Position numbers and translations under genes: made by a program | Assembly: GCA_951406725.2 (NCBI GenBank) | Contig: OX597819.1 | Span: 29,326,001 to 29,390,000, forward strand | Reading direction: 5' to 3' | Source: Octopus vulgaris | Taxonomy: Eukaryota | DNA length: 64,000 nucleotides | In this document: positions 62,501-64,000 of the stretch, piece by piece | Layout of the letters: every line of letters starts with the position of its first letter | Position numbering within the stretch: the first letter of the stretch is position 1 | Notes under the pieces: generated by a model | What the model saw: the letters and a program-made list of their open reading frames with translations, nothing else | Databases searched by the model: none | What the model was told of the DNA's origin: nothing

Positions 62501-64000
62501 TATATATGGGTGAGTGTGTATATGTGTGTGTGTGTTTATAGCCTACACTTATAACCATTAATGTTACTGTGACAGGGCTGTAACCAGTGACATATTTGTT
62601 GACATTTCCTGTCACCAATCATCTGCTAGCTTTGTTCTTTTGAATTCTTATGGAATAAATTATTAAAAAATTCTCACTTGAAATGTAAGGGCTGCCAACA
62701 GGAAAAGCATCTGGCTATAAAAAGACTGGCTCAAATACCTCTCCCTAGCTAAGCTATACAAGCATGAAAAACAGATGGCAAAATTAATGTACAAACATTT
62801 TAAGTTGAAAAAAAAAAAAAAAATCCCTGCTATACAAACAGTGTTATTTGTTCGCAATCTTTTGTGAAAACATATCAAGCCACTAAATTTTTGTTTTGAA
62901 AGGTGGGGAAATATTGACTTTCCTAGAAACGGGCGTTGGTAAGAGGAAGAACATCTGATCATAGAAAAACAGCCTCAATAAATTCGTCTGACCCATGTAA
63001 AGTGGACATCAAAATGATGAGTTATGATGATGACTAATAATAATTACTGTTCTTATATAGAGCCATTGCAAATACTAGGTAATATATTCACAGATATACA
63101 ACAGATAGAGTGGTCGCAGTTGGTATATTTTTGATCATAAATCTTGTCAAAGATGACCTGGAGTCAAACAACAATAACTTTAAGACAACCTTTGAATGAA
63201 TTTAAGGGACTTTTTTTTTTTATATTTTAATTCAGAAGGTATGTAGAGCCTATAACCCTTTACAGAAACTCAAAGACTGGTTCGAAGGAGATATCCTCAA
63301 ACCAGGGTCATGGCCTGAATGCTTGCAATAGAGTGAACTCTATAAAGTACAAAGGGTACCAGGTGATGATGTTAAACTGAATGACATATTAAGTCTACCA
63401 GCAAAGCAATCAAGGCAGCATTTAAACTTAGAAGTCAAAGAGAGAGAACAAATGATGCAGGGTATCAGATCTGGCATTCTTCTAGTCCTGCCAATCCACA
63501 TCCTGGATTGTTTTTTTTTGTTTTTTACTGATTCTGAGAGGATGAGAAACAAAGTTGACCTCAGTGCAATTTGACCTTGGGGCACAGAGAGTGGGAACAA
63601 ATATCTTGAGGTATTCCAGATTCTGACAATTCTGCCAATTTGCCATTTGTGTTCCAGATAGGATCCTGCTCCTAGAATAACAGTTTGAGGATATACTGCG
63701 TCCAGCAGCACTTTTACTTAGGTGAAAAAGGCCAGCCACCAGCTAGATCAGAAGTTAGAATTTGTGACTAAAAACTCAAAAGATTGATGCAATTAAGGAA
63801 GGGTTGCCATCAGAGTGATCAGAGGGAGTCACTTGATATGTAAGTGGTGCTATACTCCTTTAGCTAATTTATAACTGTTGCCCCAGAAAACACAATGTCA
63901 AGAGGTACACTTGTAGCACCTAATTTCTTGCTGGGTTCCCTATAGGGGTCAATATGGAAATTAGCAGTGACTCATGAAACCTGTTATCTTCATTCCCTTC

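Noticed and set aside
63235-64000. Coding-like sequence, possibly a further NWD exon or a LINE relic
   Set aside because: Only a weak FLGQ-like match with many stops; cannot be assigned.

Overview
AT-rich, repeat-saturated eukaryotic DNA. The SINE, RTE and microsatellite content looks like an octopus or other coleoid cephalopod genome (inference). Almost all ORF-track entries are microsatellite or SINE noise. The main coding feature is a full-length Tx1-clade (L1 superfamily) non-LTR retrotransposon at ~34167-39373 (+), with a CCHC-knuckle ORF1, an APE-RT-Zn-finger ORF2, three frameshifts and a TSD. It sits inside a decayed ORF1 of a related element, which is itself bracketed by Helitron 5' (TC, 33470) and 3' (hairpin+CTAG, 39868) termini. 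Its last ~45 nt match the 3' tail of an abundant tRNA-derived SINE in this window, suggesting a Tx1-SINE partnership. The minus strand carries an intron-containing NACHT+WD40 (NWD1/NWD2-like) pseudogene of ~51 kb (~8900-60086); most exon relics have stops, frameshifts or TE insertions. Also present: a Penelope-like remnant with a type I hammerhead ribozyme, two or three further degenerate hammerheads, a tandem Helitron dimer, piggyBac-, mariner-, hAT- and Merlin-like MITEs, long palindromes, RTE and CR1-like LINE relics, and a possible plus-strand terminal exon with SVQTD repeats. All family assignments come from reading motifs by eye; no database searches were run.
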